From Vicugna vicugna (lineage: Eukaryota): a DNA stretch of 64,000 nt. The notes under the pieces were generated by a model that did not search any database, had not been told where the DNA came from, and saw only the letters and a list, made by a program, of their open reading frames with translations. Both the position numbers and the translations under genes were made by a program. Shown piece after piece: positions 63,654 to 64,000 of the stretch (position 1 is its first letter; each line of letters starts with the position of its first letter). The DNA lies in the NCBI GenBank assembly GCA_013265495.1, contig MU058065.1, positions 5,120,976-5,184,975 of the forward strand. Reading direction: 5' to 3'.

Positions 63654-64000
63654 GTTTTGGGTAAAGGAAGGAACAAACAAACAAGCAAAAACTGAAGTCA
63701 GTAAACATTTCTTTCCTCCACTTGGTTGGAATGGAGCCAGACGGATCTCCAGTGGCTTTTTAAAGGTAGCCACTCCCAAGAACTACGGAGAAGATAAAAG
63801 AACCCTCTGCAGTTTGAGTAGAGGCTCATTTACTGCTGTAATTTGCTTGTGCACAAAGCCACAGTCAGTCTTGTGGGTGGAGTAGGGTTGGGTGAATCCT
63901 TCTCACAAAGCCGGCAAAAAAGAACACGCTGAGATGCCTCCGGGTCTCTCGGCACCCTAGTAGAGATGATTTCAGTCCACTTAGCAACCGATCGAGAGTC

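Noticed and set aside
1..64000. Short ORFs of the six-frame track as protein-coding genes
   Set aside because: All are 133 aa or shorter, many have non-ATG starts or lie in repeats. None shows recognisable cellular protein homology or a consistent exon chain.
1..64000. CRISPR array, prophage or horizontally acquired prokaryotic segment
   Set aside because: No regularly spaced repeats, no gene-dense or compositionally foreign segment; the window is mammalian repeat-rich DNA throughout.

Overview
This is 64 kb of AT-rich, CpG-depleted mammalian intergenic or intronic DNA, not prokaryotic sequence. A tRNA-derived vic-1-type SINE (17249-17401) points to a camelid genome, but the species cannot be determined. 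I find no supportable protein-coding gene, rRNA, functional tRNA or CRISPR array. The only ORFs with recognisable homology are decayed L1 ORF2 and ERVL integrase/dUTPase remnants. Much of the window is interspersed repeats: MIR, L2, L3/CR1, old and young L1, HAL1, MaLR/ERVL/ERV1 LTRs and hAT DNA transposons. Subfamily names are from memory of consensus sequences and need RepeatMasker/Dfam confirmation. Repeat-free islands carry enhancer-like motif clusters, and there are a few low-confidence minus-strand non-coding exon candidates. The best-supported oddities concern genome evolution: a twin-primed L1 that appears to have gained a ~280-bp templated copy from another L1 26 kb away, a multi-layer nested transposon stack, a tailless internal L1 fragment, a MER41-like solo LTR with a GAS-like site, and a possible ancient LF-SINE/AmnSINE-like relic. 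I see no evidence for a new multi-gene biological system.
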